From NCBI GenBank assembly GCA_030704615.1, contig CM060732.1:48360001-48424000 (forward strand): a stretch of DNA of 64,000 nucleotides, given 5' to 3'. The notes beneath the pieces are model-generated. The model was not told the DNA's origin. It made no database searches and saw only the letters and a list, made by a program, of their open reading frames with translations. The stretch is from Takakia lepidozioides. Lineage: Eukaryota; Plantae; Bryophyta. Numbering within the stretch: the first letter of the stretch is position 1; every line of letters begins with the position of its first letter. Shown in pieces: positions 1 through 13,741 of this stretch. Both the position numbers and the translations under genes were made by a program.

Positions 1-905
1 TCGAGTCAAAGAATACCAAGTGCATGCCTGCAGCTCTTCCTGTTTCGCACTTCTTGATTATATTGGGGTGGAGTACTGTCCGAAAATCATCCAGCTTCAT
101 CAGACCAATCCTCTGAATTCGGAATAGTGTGTGGACCAAGCTTGTTGTCACATGCGATTTCTCTGTCGATCTGCAAAAACATTGGAAACATTGCATTCGT
201 TAACACTGTATTTTTGGGATTAACAAGAAACTACAGAGGGGATGAAGTCTCTAGGATGACTTACTTGTTCACGTCGTGCATAGCTGTAAGAAGCCTAGCG
301 ATGTCGTTTCTAGGATCCAAAACCATTGCCTCCACAGCAACATGCTTGTCTTTGTTTTTCGCATGATATTTCTGAATGTATCCCATCCATGCCAGCAATC
401 GGTGGTTGCCGTCCCAGAAGTAGAACATGTGGTTGCAGAATTGCTGGGTGTTCTTTCCCATCATGAGGCCCAGCTCGAACTCCTCATTAGCATCTTTACA
501 TCACTCATCCCAGGTATCACTGATCTCTGGAGACACTAATGTGCTTTTCCCATTTGTATCCATCAGTAACACATAAAAAACTTGTGCACCAAGTCTGTAT
601 CCATGCACGAAATCACTCTCCAATTTTGTTATGTCATGGGAAAGAGGTGGACGCACAACAAGCATTACCTTTTGGAATAATATGAGTTCTTTCACCTTGT
701 CAAGGTAGTGCACTTCAGATTCATCTGCTTCATCGCTATTCTCTGAACTTTTTCCAGACTCGTCCCCATCTCCAGATCCTTTCCCCTCTGATCCTGTAGG
801 CTTGGACCTCACAGTTTTCTGCACGATGCCATTCAAATCTGACTGAGTAATGTGCAAATAGTGAACGGCGGTAACGACCATCACTCTGTCTCGTCTCAAC
901 CTCAC
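1..905 (-). pseudogene. 5' part of ParB/Srx-domain gene of element A (homolog of the B and C ParB-methyltransferase genes)
   Basis: VVRPPLSHDITKLESDFVHGY...FYFWDGNHRLLAWM...AMHDVNK, then a gtaagt intron (~264-172) at the same position as in B and C; next exon STEKSHVTTSLVHTLFR matches B GTETSHVTTNIVHSLFR. In-frame stop at 501-503. Confidence 0.8.
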
Positions 906-2239
906 AATGAATGGTGTGAAACAAATTCAGAACCATCTACACAAGCAAAGCTGATCCTGCCGAATTCAAAACAAAACACTATGATTCTAGGGACACAAGA
1001 ACATAAAGGTTTTGAGCAAGAGCGAACGGCGTTAACGACAATCACAAAAGAGTGGGACCTGCCGGATTGGTGTTGTGCAATGACATATATGTGTAAGTGA
1101 TTGGCGGCAACGACACTCAGTATAGTTTAGGGCGGACAATAAGTGCAGATTATTCAGATTGACTCCATTGTGATGAACGTCGCAAGCATTCACTGTTTCT
1201 TGTCTATGTCGAGAGTACTTTCCAATCGATACTCTACCTGAATCTACAGTATGGTCTTCAAATCTTTGATTGGCGGTACGGCCTTTTCACTTCTCTATCT
1301 GTTCAACCTCAAACAAAGAAAATGCATTGCAAGACAATATGACTGAATATGTCGACCCTCACTCTCTCTTCAAACACATAGGTACATAAATCTCATGAGG
1401 AGAATCAAATGGCGTTGACAACGCTCGCAATTCAGTAGACTTCAATCACATGTTCCTACTTAAGAAGGGAAGAGGAAGGACTGCTTGAAAGGCAATCAGA
1501 CAGACTGTATGATCAGAACAACAGTGAATGACGGTACCGTCAGTCACCCACTCATTATGCGGAAAACCCTTAACAGAGGAGTAGAAAGCAAATCACCGTT
1601 GTTTCATGGTGATGGTCGGTAGCGACAATTCCTTTCTGGGACATTCCACTCAATCTCTACGTAGATCTTCAACAATGAAATAGAAGTTTAGAGAAAACTT
1701 ATTGGCGCCTTCTTAGGTTTTGAAATTGGATCCCCTTCTGCAGCTTTCCTCTTCCCTCTCACATCTGCTGAAATTTCTGTCTGCTCTAGGGTTTCTGGAC
1801 CTTCTCCCGGTTCAGCGTTCCCCGTACTTCCACCTCATTCAGTTTCTCTGCGAGTCATCTCTGCATCCACAGGCTGATTTCCAATGCGCACTGTTATCGC
1901 CGACTGTGTCACAACCACTGCCTCAGTCTCGGTCTACTCTTGTGAATCAGTCTCCGCGTTCACCTGCTGCCTTGGCCCTGTGTTCTCCAACAAACGATGC
2001 CTCGTCATTTGCTCTCTTGCTCTGCGTCTCTCTCTAAGGGAAGTAAAATAAAGAGACTTTCTTATCTTTCGTATTGTAGAATGAACCCTCTCCAGCTTGA
2101 CCCCCACTCTCCCTCTAAGCGCGAAAAGTAGAAAAACGAAATGACTCCCGATTTCTTGCTGGATTGCGTGCGTTGTGGCTTGTCTCTAGAAGCATCGGAT
2201 CCCCTCATCGGATTCCCATCGGATTCCTAATTCTGCAAA

Positions 2240-4762
2240 CTTGTGTCATCCTGCTTGGCGCTCTGCGGAGCAAGAATGTATTATGTTGTCCACCATTTGA
2301 AAACAATGACAAGAGCTTGTGTGCATTTCGGATTCCATAACCATCCTGTCTCGAAGGGGGATTACAGGGAGAGTGTTGAGACAATATCGAGGTTGATTAA
2401 CAGGAGTTCGGGAGAAACCCATCCGCAACAACATCTGCAATTGCTCTTGGCGCAAGCAAGTCCTTCTTGGACAGCCATATTTTGAGTGAAGGGGATTCTG
2501 TGGGGACTAAACTTGACGGTACAACATTGGACCTGGTCATGGATCATTTCTCCACTTTGAGTTCACCTAACATTCGACATCAGATCAATGCATTAAGAAT
2601 GGGCTCTGCAGAGGCTACATAGACAACATTTTGGAGTTGAAACGAGTGAGCAAGTACGATTACATCCAGGACAATGTATTCCTAGGTCAAGGTGCCATCA
2701 AAGTTTTTCTTTTCAAAATGTCGACTGTTGGGGAGGGCAGTGGGGTTAGCCTCGTGAAGCGGATGCAGAAGACTGGGGACTTGCAGAACTGTTTTCTTAT
2801 GTTTGATGATGTGAAACGAGTGAAGGATTGGACGACAATGGCTTGTCATGTCTACGATCCAGTGTACCAACGAGTTATGACAATTGCAATTTGTGACATG
2901 CAATCCGAGGATATGGAATCCCAGAAGCTCATGTGGAATTCCCTGATACGTGTCATGGGCTACCATCTCCAAATTTTGCAGGTTTCATGGCGGATAGTGC
3001 TCAAGCAAATTTCAATGCTGTTCATATTGTCTTCGGATCGAGCGACCCAAAAGTGCCAATGCGAGGAAGAGAGCGTACATGTCTATTCCATTGGACACAA
3101 TCTCTGGAAAAACATACAACAGTCGGACATCAAACCAGAGATGCAGACTCGGCACCGTAAATTGTGCAAACCACAACTGCTAGAACAATGAAGAACAATG
3201 AAGGAGGCGGACACTTTGTTCCAGACAATTTGTGCCTGGTGGTTCTCTTCTGGAGCTGCATCACTTGAGAGTATGAGAGCATTGGAAGATTGGCTGGCGT
3301 TTTGGCACTTCCGGTATAGACAGTGGGGAGCAGCCATGGCAGTGGTACGAGGCTATATTTCTTGCTTTATTCATACATTTACTTTCCATTTTATTGTCTC
3401 CTCGCTTTCTTTATGTTGTTTCCTGTTCACTGTTTTGAAGTGTGGTTCTCCACTTTGCAGAACATGTCCATTGAGGAAATGGCGGACATGCCATCTTGCA
3501 ATTTGGCAGAAACTGTGCACAACACATGGTTGCAGCAGTCTGGGAAACGAGGTCGGGATTTGTATGTGGCAACAACAGATGATTTGATACGTGCCTTGCA
3601 ACAACAAACCCGATACCGTGATTTCTTGCGAGGTGGGGTTGGTGGCAAGGGTCCGAACAAATGGGAGTTGATGTTGCGTGTTGCAAACAGATCTGGGGAT
3701 CCAATCAAGATAGCATGGGCGGTGAGCATGTATGCCCAAGGAACGCCACTTTTTTCTAGAGTTCCACATCTTGAAGGTGAGGAGAGATTCGGCTCCTGTA
3801 AGAGGAAATTGAACACTCCACCTGGTTCGGATTCGGATTCGCACAGGGCAGCCCGTGATAACTTCTTGAAGCCTCGTGTTCCCCTGCATGACAGCTCCAT
3901 GTCCGGAACCTCCATTCTGGAGGAACCTCCAACACGACGGCAAGCTCCAGCATCAAACTGTGCCACTGAAATGGTGTAGGAGAGAAACAACCCCCTTGAT
4001 GTGCTTGAGTCCACATGCCCCGACCACGTTTGGCATATAGAACGCACTAGTGCAAGGTCTCGTGTGAAATGTACAGCGATCAGGGCAACTAATTTCGAGA
4101 AGTGCACTTCATCAATATCCAAATGTGGTGCCCGAACTCCTGCTCCGACTTTCACGGGTTTGATGCGTCCATACGGTCAACCAGAAGCCAAGAACCACAA
4201 GTTCTGGTTCTGCGCAGATGATTGTGCCAGATGTGTGCATGGAACTGTGCGTCCTTCCGTAGTAATGAAGCCATCTCCTCCAACCGTTTGGCCCGTGAAG
4301 GTGGGAACACATCTCAAATTTCAGGAGATTGAAATGCTGGAGGAGGCAGGCTTTTCCCTTGCGAGACAACCCCAACTCCATACATGTGCTACTACTTCTG
4401 CGTCCTCCCGGGGCAAAGTGGAGTCCGCAAGAATGCTTCAAGCTCGTGTTGGAAGCACCACGGAAGTGCCCGATCCAGGATATGGTTGGGTATTCACAAT
4501 CATCACTTCCACATTTGCTGTTCATGAAAGGACCTACGACATCACGGTTTCCAATTTCCCCAATTGCACATGTCCTGATTTTGTGAATATGCTATCAACC
4601 AGTTTGGGCAAGAGAGGTAAATTCATACCCTGCAAACATTTGTATTTCATATTTTTGAAGAGGATGGTTTGCGATCCCAAACGTGACAACTTCATTCACC
4701 AGGCCACTATGAGTTTCAATGAGGTCGATACTCTATTGCAGCGGGATACAACACATGGGTAG
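2240..4762 (+). pseudogene. MULE transposase (end of GCM-like Zn finger, DDE core, Cys-rich domain, SWIM), frameshifted
   Basis: ACVHFGFHNHP; LMFDDVKRV (D1); FMADSAQAN (D2); CLFHW (CxxH); NLAETVHNTW (E); SWIM CTCPDF...PCKHLY. Intron ~3344-3460 (gt...ttgcag). Several stops and frameshifts. Confidence 0.85.
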
Positions 4763-5399
4763 CATCAACTATGCAATGTGGTATGTGGACGACCATGATT
4801 TGAAATGTGTAATTCACATCAATTCGTCGGCGGTGCAATGATATGACCTCCAACTATACTGAGTGAGCTCTGAGTGGCAACTTTGAAAAGCACATTTGTC
4901 ATTGCACCGTTCGAAATCTACATGTCTTGCTGTCGTTATGCACTACAATCATCTTTTGAAGATGATCCTAACTCTCATTGTTATTTGAGGAGAGATGAAG
5001 GTCTTCCCGTGGCAGCCTCTATGGCGCACACTTTGTGAGGATATTTTCTCGTCCTCGTAATTGTAAAAGTGAACAAGCATTTGTAATTGCACAATGTTGG
5101 ATGCTACAATTGTAGGCCTCATGGTAGTCTTGATTCTATTTAGGCAAGATTCCTTGCATTAATTCCACGGTCATAGGACCATCCTCGGTTATAGGCGGCG
5201 CATGTTAATGCTGACGTGGCAGATGACGGACAATGCCACGTCATTATTTGCCACCACATCAGCATGCTGACATGACGCTCACGCCACGTCAGCGTGGGTG
5301 CAGACTCACGCCACGTTACTCCTGCATGAGCGTACGCTCGCGCGCTCACGCGCAACGCTCATGCCATTGCATCATTGCCTGGAGCCTTCTCAGCTGTAG

Positions 5400-8200
5400 A
5401 AGGACTGGCCCACATTCCCTCCATCCTAACTAGGCATAAGGCGCAGACACTGGAGGGTGAATTCACAGACTATGAACTGGAAGAAGCACTTCTCAAGCTT
5501 AAAAACAATAAAGCCCCAGGCATGGACAACATCACTGCAGAGTTCTACAAAGAGCTTTGGCCAGAGATTTCGGGTGACTTCACCCTTATGGCTAACTACT
5601 TGTTTCATTGTCAGGTAATGCCACCTGCAATGTCCCAACGAGTCATTACATTGTTGTATAAGAAGGGAGATAGGACAAACCTCTCTAACTACAGACCTAT
5701 CACATTGCTGAATGTGGCATACAAGATCATTGCCAAAGCTCTGGCCCTTCGCTTGCAGCCCCTGTTGCCCTCCCTTATCAGACCGAATCAAATGGGATTT
5801 ATCAAAGGCAGATACATAATGGATTTACTGCTGGCCCATGAGATCCCTCAATATGCAAAGCAAACGAAACAGGCTATTGCACTGGTGCTCTTGGACTTTG
5901 AAAAGGCATTCGACAGGGTCGAATGGTCTTTTCTTCTTACAGCACTGGCCAAAATAGGCTTCCCGCAATCGTTTTGTCAGTGGGTTAGGATCCTTCTATC
6001 CACTTCCACCAGCAGGGTCATTATCAATGGGGCTTTATCCAAACCCTTCTCCCTCCTTAGATCGGTTCGTTAAGGTTGCCCACTACCCCCCTTCTTATTT
6101 CTAGTGGTGGCAGACAGCCTTGGTTACACTCTTCAACATAAAGCTCATCTGATTGGACTGAGAGTCAACAACTACATCACTCAGCAGCCTACTCAGGTTC
6201 TTGATTCTATGTTTGTCGATGATACCTTTCTCATTCGTCAGGCATAAACTTACAACCTTGATAAAGCAACGAAATGCCTGCAACTATTTTGTTCAGCGTC
6301 TGGATTCAAGGTTAATTGGAACAAAATTTGTGCTCTTATAGTAGGGGAACTCTCAAACAACAACCTGGGTATCACTCCTACATGGGGGGTCAATCTAGGC
6401 CTCAAATGGTTGCAACCAGGCCAGTCCACAACCCTGCTAGGATATACATTTGGACCTGACCTCACTAACGAGCAGAGATTTGCACCTATTTTGGCTAAGC
6501 TGAAGAGGAAATTGGCTTTTTGGGGATCGAAGCACCTGTCAATCATAGGTAGAGCCTTGGTAGTAAATCAAATCCTGGAGGCCGGGATCTTGTACTATGC
6601 CAGCTCATGGAGACCTAACTCGACTCAAATCCAACAGGTTAAAAAACTGCTCCGTAATTTCATCTGGGGGGCTGAATCGTCATCACAGGGTAAAAGACCC
6701 CAAGTGTCGTGGAGCCAAATATGTCTCCCCAAAAAATAGGGAGGGTTGGGCATCATCGACCCTGAAAAACAGGTGGAAGTTCATCGTGGCAGACAGTATT
6801 CTGATGGCCTTCCCTTTAAAAAATGCCTCTTGGGCACCATCATTTCGATGGATTGTCAACGGTTTCAACTTCAAAAAAGTGGGATCCAGTCTATGGAACT
6901 CTATCTGGCAGGCTTGGGGGAGGCTACGAGGCTTTCTCAAAAAACAGGAACCCTCTAACTACTTCAAGATCCTCTGTCAATACCTTTTCCTTAATACAAA
7001 CAAGCCAAGCCCTTCCCAGCGAAAAGAGGTAAGCCGCTGGTCAGCATGGGACAACCTGGGTATCTCCCAAATGGGTAACCTATGGCAGGGCAACGGAGTC
7101 AAATCGCAGGATCTCATTGCTTCAACAGTGGGAAAGGCTAGAGCAAGCAAGTCGTACTCAAACCTTATTCAAAACATTGACCAAACATGGATTGGGCATC
7201 TGAACACTGGACCTATTTTTCCATCACACAACTACTGGGCACTTACCATTCACAACAACCTTCTTACCATCCTCTTCGTTAACCAATCCACCTCTCGCAA
7301 CCACGTCACCTACACTTTCCACATTGACCCTCTCACCCTAACCCTCCATCTTCATTTGCAAGAACCTATCATCCTACCCCCCAACCCTCTTACACCAGTC
7401 AAAGTTTGCTGCTGGTCTACTTCTCCGAAAGAAATGGATCCCCAACCCCCCCCCAGGTCTTTCTCACTCAGCCTGGCTTGCCTCTGCCACATTTATTTGG
7501 ATTCTTGGCAGGCCCCTTGCTGAGTTGCAGTTCGATCTTTCCGAATGGTCTTGGGTGTTTGGAAGACAACCATAACCCTTCTTTTCGTACACCACCAAAA
7601 AAGGCTAGAAGGCTTTGTCCCTGCCAATTTCACTGAAAGCAAAGTGGGAGTCAAGATGGGGGCACCTGGGATTTAGAGATGAGAATTGGTCCGCAATCTA
7701 GGGCTCTGTGTGGCTAAAATCTAGGCCTGCCAAAATCCAAGCGTTCCTCTGGCAAGTTGTTAACATAGTGCTCAAGGTGGGCGAATGGTTACAATTTCAG
7801 GACGCCTTCCTTTGCTCCTGCTGCTCATCAGGAATCATGGAAAACCTCGAGCATTGTCTCATCTCGTGCCAAGCAGCAGCCATCATTTGGCCATTTATCA
7901 AAAACTTTTACTCCTGTTGGAACCTCATTCCTCTCTCTCCCACGATCCTGCTTCTAAACTATGACACAACAACAAAAAAGAAAGCTGTTCATTGCCCTGT
8001 TTTCGAAACACTTAGAGGCAGCACACTTTGGCACCTCTGAAAAGCAAGATGCTCCAGAACTTTCTCTGGACAAACTTCTACAGTTTCAGCTCTTCTCACA
8101 TCTATTTTCTATGACCTTGGGACAGAATCCAGGAAGGTTTGGGCCAAGCATTGTGCACAGATCCAACGGAAACCGGAGATCGCAGGGGCTTCCCATGATA
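5400..8200 (+). mobile_element. L1-clade LINE ORF2 remnant (reverse transcriptase + zf-RVT), 5'-truncated
   Basis: KAPGMDNITAEFYK, NYRPITLLNVAYKIIAK, LLDFEKAFDRVEW, SVR*GCPL, MFVDDT, SWSQICLPKK*GGLG, C-terminal CSCC...EHCLISC; multiple stops. Confidence 0.92.
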
Positions 8201-10399
8201 CATTCCGCAACACCTAGGGTAATCGTGGCCTCATCTGCAGCAGCGCAAATCCAAACACTTGTGTCTGGCCAGACCTGCCCCCACCCAGCTGGAGAGGAAT
8301 TCGCACAACACTCCACCGCGTCGCCTGAGTTTGATCGAGAGATAAACTGGAAACATCTTAAGGGCTCTTCTAAAGCCTCCCGTCTTCAGTTTAGGCAGGT
8401 GTAATAGCATTACCAATCCCTAGGCAGTGCACTAACTCACGCTGGTGCCATTACTCTTTGTATTCATGTGTTGACTTCCGGTTCTTGTTTCTTCCTCCAG
8501 GGTAGTGACATAGATCCTAGGGTTCTCGTTTCTGGTTACCATGGTTAACACTTCCCTCTTTGAGGGGCCAAGTTCGGAGCCTCTTTGGCTCAAGTTTACC
8601 TCAATGAGGGTACGGGTTCTAACTACACTGATCACGATGTGTGTGCCTTATGGCGAAAATAGGGGTTTTAATTTTTTTTTTCCCCGAATAATGGGGGTTT
8701 AATTGTAAAATATGATAAAATAATCAGGGCTACAATCTTTTTTTTAAAATAAAATAAAATAAAATAAAATGGGACGGAGGCGACTTCATTGATTACCGTG
8801 TGTGTGTGCCTCATGGTGTAACAGGGGTTTTAATTTTTCTCCCCAAATAATTCCAAATAAAGATTTCATCAGGGCCATTGTCTGAAAAATTATTTATTAA
8901 AAAGAAAAAAAAAAGAAAAAAAAGACGGATGCCCTGTTACTCAAATTAAAGAGGCTGTCTGAAGCTCGAAGATCATGGTGTGGTCTCTTGGCAGCTTCCC
9001 CACTGTGGCAACCGAAGAAGAGCCGAGCTCTTCGCAGCTTTCGACAGCTCTTCGGGAAAGGATGGGGTGCTCTGCAGGAGACTTTCAGAATCAAGAGTTG
9101 TGTGGCAAGAATCTCTCCCGGCCTGCTGGCAGCTCAATTAGTGCCAGGCCATCTCCCTTGGAAATCGATGATGGCGAGGTGAATTGGTGTAGTCTTAGAA
9201 AGGGGAAATCAACTGCACAATTGTCTTTTGATGGCCCTAAACGTAAAAGAGGCAGTGTGAGAGCCTTCCTTTTGCTAGGTATGAATTGCTTAGTGATTGG
9301 TTAGGTAGTATCATTCTGAGATGCAGCCTATGTTTCTCCATTTCTCTCTCTTGCTTCTGTTTCTCCTCTCTCCCTTGTTCACCCTGAACTGTTTGGCTCG
9401 GAGTGGTACCTCTATATGTTCTCTAATTTATTTTTATTTTTTAAAGGCGAGGGAAAAATAACCTCGACGGGGCCATAAGGCAATACAATCGTGGCTTCTT
9501 TAGTTTGGATGTTTTATGTACTTTGTAACAATTTTTGGAAGATCATCATAGGATCATCATAGGTGAAGATGTATGATCCTCTAAGGCGACCCAAATCGGT
9601 CCGCATCATATCCATCCACATCGTAGTTTTTGTGGATGACAGTGGGTGAAAGTGAACCTTGAAAATAAATGGTGCACACTAGTAGGGAGGAGCACATGAA
9701 CTTACAGCACCCTAAAATAATTAAAGCTCCGCTCTCTAGAATTTTAAAAAGTGCAAAGGGCTGGAAATCCAGTGTCCAGTAGCGTTTCTTTTATACTATT
9801 TGCATTGTGGTGCGAGATCCATGGGAACCTAAGTGGAGCATGTGTGGCTACGGTAGAAAATGCAGATAATAAGTGGCGATTGTAGGAGATGTTGAATGAG
9901 TGTTAGGCAAATGATTTTTGGCGAATAGCACAAAACATGTTGATGATATTCCCACCATTCAGAAGTACAAAAAATCTGAATGTATTCAATCTGCACTCAA
10001 TGGAGGATTTGAACCCCGATCCAAAGGACCTTGACCATTGCAACATAGAGTCTCTGTGTACACAAACAAAGTTAGTACACACACAGTTAGTACAAAATGC
10101 AATCAGTCCAATATGAATCACCAATGGTTGTCGGGATCATGGAAACGAAAGTAGAATTACCAAGTTAGCTCACAATGTTCAAAAACACCGCATATTATAT
10201 GTCATGGCGCATTACAAGACATGCCATTGGCATCAGCCAAGAGAACTAAGTATCAGTGGCTCTACATGTCTTCATCCCCCCATAATGAATAACTGACATT
10301 TTCATTCAACTTGTCACCCTTTTTATTTTCATCCTCCTCCATAGTCACCCTTTCGTCCCCCTTTCAGCCACCTTACTATTCAGAATGGCCATCTGGCTG

Positions 10400-11695
10400 A
10401 TTGGATCCGAAGTTTTTTGGGGACCTCATATGGATGCTCATGACACTTCAACCGGAGGGATTAGGAATTGAACGGCTGAATTTGGTTGTATAATTATAGG
10501 ATTTTGGCCTGCCCAAAGAAAATGGCATATTTTGTATCAGGTATGGTACAACATTCTTGAGACCCTCAAAAAAAGAGAAACTAAAACTGCCCAAATAAGA
10601 GCAACAAATTAATTTTTTTGGCACCTATTTCTTAGCGAAGAGTTTTTCCTTGTCTCCACTCTATACTTTATAATCTTCCGATCTGGTGGTTGGAATTTGA
10701 TGAAACTTTTTGTGGCAAGAGGTGGGGTGTAGGAAGTAATTCCAACTGTCAGTTTTACAGGGACACGGAGATTCTCCAGATAAAAATATTTTTGTGGGCC
10801 AGGGTCATGTTTTTCCACGAGAGGGTGAAAATGAGTTTGGGCACTTAACCCCTAATGGACGAGGCAGTTTTTGGTGGGTCCCCTCCAAAACATGACATAC
10901 CCTCACGGATGAGGGTATATCTCTCAAGAAACTAACATCCACAGAGATGAACCGTATGAATGGGAGGCTATCTACTTCATCCAGCTTCAGTGAAAATTTC
11001 AGCTCATTTCACCGTGTCGTTTGAAGATTATAAGAAATTTGCAAGCCCAAAATTTGGGGTACACTCCAATTTAGAGTGGAAAAATGGTTTGACCAAGAAA
11101 TTGGATCGACAAAATATTTTTTCCTCACAAGACCCCATCCAGATTCCAATTATGTGGCACCTAAAGCATGTTGCCCCAAAATTTCAAAGCAGAATTCCAA
11201 AATCTTGATAAGGTTGCTTTGTATGGAAAAACAGGGGGGTCAAAACACACCATGAAGCTCAAATGACATGTAATTCAGGCTTAGGGGGTCGAAATTTCCT
11301 TGGAATCACAACTGCTGCGGTGAAAGTGTTCCTTGAATGATGGACTACTACCTCCAAAAAGAAATTCAGAATTCTAACAAAAATTCAGGCAGAGATTTGC
11401 ATTTTTTTCCATTTGTACTTTTGCCTTGTTGTCACCCCTTCAGCCTGCGTGCTAAGTCAAAGCTGTTGGACGACCAATTTTGGGCACCCCTGCACACTAA
11501 GAAAATTACTGACGACAGGGATTTTATTATTTTAGGGCGCCATAAAGACGGGCGGGTGCATGACATCAAGATGCACAACTTTCGTTTAGAAAGTGTTTTC
11601 ATCCAAGGTCATCCAACAATTTGCCATCGTGGATAATTTCTAACGCGACCCTGACGCGACCCAAAACGGGTCGCCTCGCCCATTAGGGTTAAGGG
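10400..11695 (-). mobile_element. piggyBac-like MITE X, truncated inverted copy of element Z, with its TIR interrupted by element Y
   Basis: 10400-10848 is the reverse complement of ~11700-12235. Its terminus gcacttaa|ggg is split by Y, with the final ggg at 11693-11695 followed by TTAA. Confidence 0.7.
10849..11688. mobile_element. piggyBac-like non-autonomous element Y
   Basis: TTAA at 10845-10848 and 11689-11692; TIR cccctaatggacgaggc / gcctcgcccattaggg; subterminal hairpin cgacccaaaacgggtcg. Confidence 0.78.
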
Positions 11696-11699
11696 TTAA

Positions 11700-12929
11700 C
11701 CCTTAAGCGTCAAAACTCATTTTCACCCTCTCGTAGAAAAACATGACCCTGGCCCACCAAAAAAAAAAAATCTATAAAATCTTTGTGTCCAGTAAAACTG
11801 ACCCGTTGGAATTACTTCCCACCTACCCCACCTCCTACCGCAAAAAGTTTCACCAAAATCCAACTGCCAGATCTGAAGATTATGGAGTGTAGAGTGGGGA
11901 CAAAAACAAATCTCCACTTAGAACTAGGTGCCAAAAAAAGCAGTTTTTTGCTCGTATTTGGGCATTTTTAATTTTTTCTGTTTGAGAGTCTCAAGAATGT
12001 TGTTCCATAACTGATAACACACATACTCATAAAATTTCAGTTTTTTCTGAAATGTTCTCAAGCGGGCTCCTTTGTAGTGACAAATTGGGAGGTCAAAATA
12101 TGCCATTTCTTTGGGCAGGCCAAAATATCTCTTCCTAAAATTATACAAACAAATTCAGCCGTTCAATTCCTAATCCCTCCGGTTGAAGTGTCATGAACAT
12201 CCATATGAGATCCCAAAAAAAGTTTGGGACCAATCGGTAACTGTCCTCACATCTTTAGGTTCCCTGCCCAAGACTTCAAATGGCACACCTATGTTATAGC
12301 CTGCAGGCCTAGGATATTTGGAGCCATAGCCCAGAAGGGCACGGGGCTTGGGAGCTCCTTTGGCTTACCCGGCCCTGCTTTCATGGGGGGCACTCCACTC
12401 TCCACCCTCTCAAACCCCAGCCCTAGGTTTGGCCCACCCCTCCTCGTGGCGTTTTTCTCGAGCCCTGAGCTCTCCCGCCATCGCGGCTGCACTCCATCCA
12501 GCCCGCCCTGCACGGCGTTCGCCGGAGCTGCCATCGCTGTCGATTCAGGCTAGGGCCCAGGCCTGGGAATGCCCAGACCTGCGCCGGGCGCCATGCCCCT
12601 GCCGGGCAATCAACGGGATTGGGGGAGCGTGCCGCCCTAACCTTTATGGGGTATCTTTCAGTCATCCTAACCTGACCGCAGTTGCCATGTCAGCAACTTG
12701 GGCAGGTTAGGGGGGCCAATTTGGCCTCAAAAAGCTGAGTGTGCCCCTTCTAATTGGTCCAGACCCATACCCCTTCAGGCATTGACCAATTGGCCAATGC
12801 CATATGAAGGGGAACCCGATTATCTGTCGATTAAGCTAAAAAAAAGGCCAATCAGCCTTAACCACAGGAAGTTATGGCTGGTTAAAGAAACGTAACCGAC
12901 CCAAAACGGGTCGGTTTGACACTTAAGGG
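11700..12929. mobile_element. piggyBac-like non-autonomous element Z
   Basis: TTAA at 11696-11699 and 12930-12933; TIR cccttaagcgtcaaa / tttgacacttaaggg; same cgacccaaaacgggtcg hairpin near the right end as Y. Confidence 0.8.
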
Positions 12930-13741
12930 TTAAGTTTTTACCTTACTCCTATTGTCATCCATACAATATCACCATGCTTGTGAATGAGGGGCTATAGAGG
13001 GCCAAATATGCTACCCCCAAATTGCTCACACAGGATGTCACCCGCAAATGATGATTTAATAAAACCTTCAAAAATTCACAAAAAAGTGTGGTTGGTGGGG
13101 CATTCAGAGTGCACACAAGCATTTTAATTGGTCCACTTTGAAACAATATAACTTAATCGATTGTAGATGAGCTATTACAGGCTTTATATGTACCAAGTCC
13201 AAAATTACTGCATGCATGCTGATGTTTCTATATGCAACTTGTTCAAACAGCATCTCTTGCAACTAGACTACCACAAGAATCCTATATCCACTAGCAACAA
13301 ACACCCATGCAGAGCTCGATTCAATGAGGATACCTTATATTACCATCCTTTTGTTTCACAACAGCTTCGTAACTGAAGTCTGGTCTGTGACACCACATCC
13401 AATTATTGCTAGTCTTCTCTCACCTCTGCTTCTTGGTGCAATCTGAACTAGTGACATGCAAAACCGCTAAGCACATCTCTTCACAAGATTCTGTAGGTAA
13501 TAATTAGTGTGTCCTGGTTTATGAACAGAAGCAACACATGAAGTTAACTGCTGACATCAGACTAAGATTGGATCTGATGAGATTATGTCATTTAGCCGGC
13601 GAAAGTTGAAAACCACCATGCCTTGCGCTGCAATCTCCTCGTACCGAAAATTGCTGGGACACCGACTGATGCCGTTGTGGCAGCTTGGCAAGTCTTCAAT
13701 CAAACCCAAGCACCCAAAGCTGGCCCTTCTACTAGTTCAGC

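Larger units (their letters stand above)
1..5380. mobile_element. Mutator-like element A (ParB-gene-carrying family), left part outside window, internally deleted
   Basis: Divergent ParB-like gene (minus) and MULE transposase (plus). Subterminal sequence at 5165-5197 (ccacggtcatagg...cctcggttataggc) is a near reverse complement of the element B left-end motifs (gcctacaaccgagg...cctattaccgtgg). gctcacgc/catgagc motifs at 5270-5365 resemble B/C TIR content. Exact terminus uncertain. Confidence 0.75.

Noticed and set aside
3371-4155. Long antisense ORFs over transposases (also 40639-41215, 54960-55676, 57735-58296)
   Set aside because: Shadow frames of real coding sequence on the opposite strand.
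8200-9450. Short ORFs after the LINE
   Set aside because: No recognisable domain; could not be assigned.
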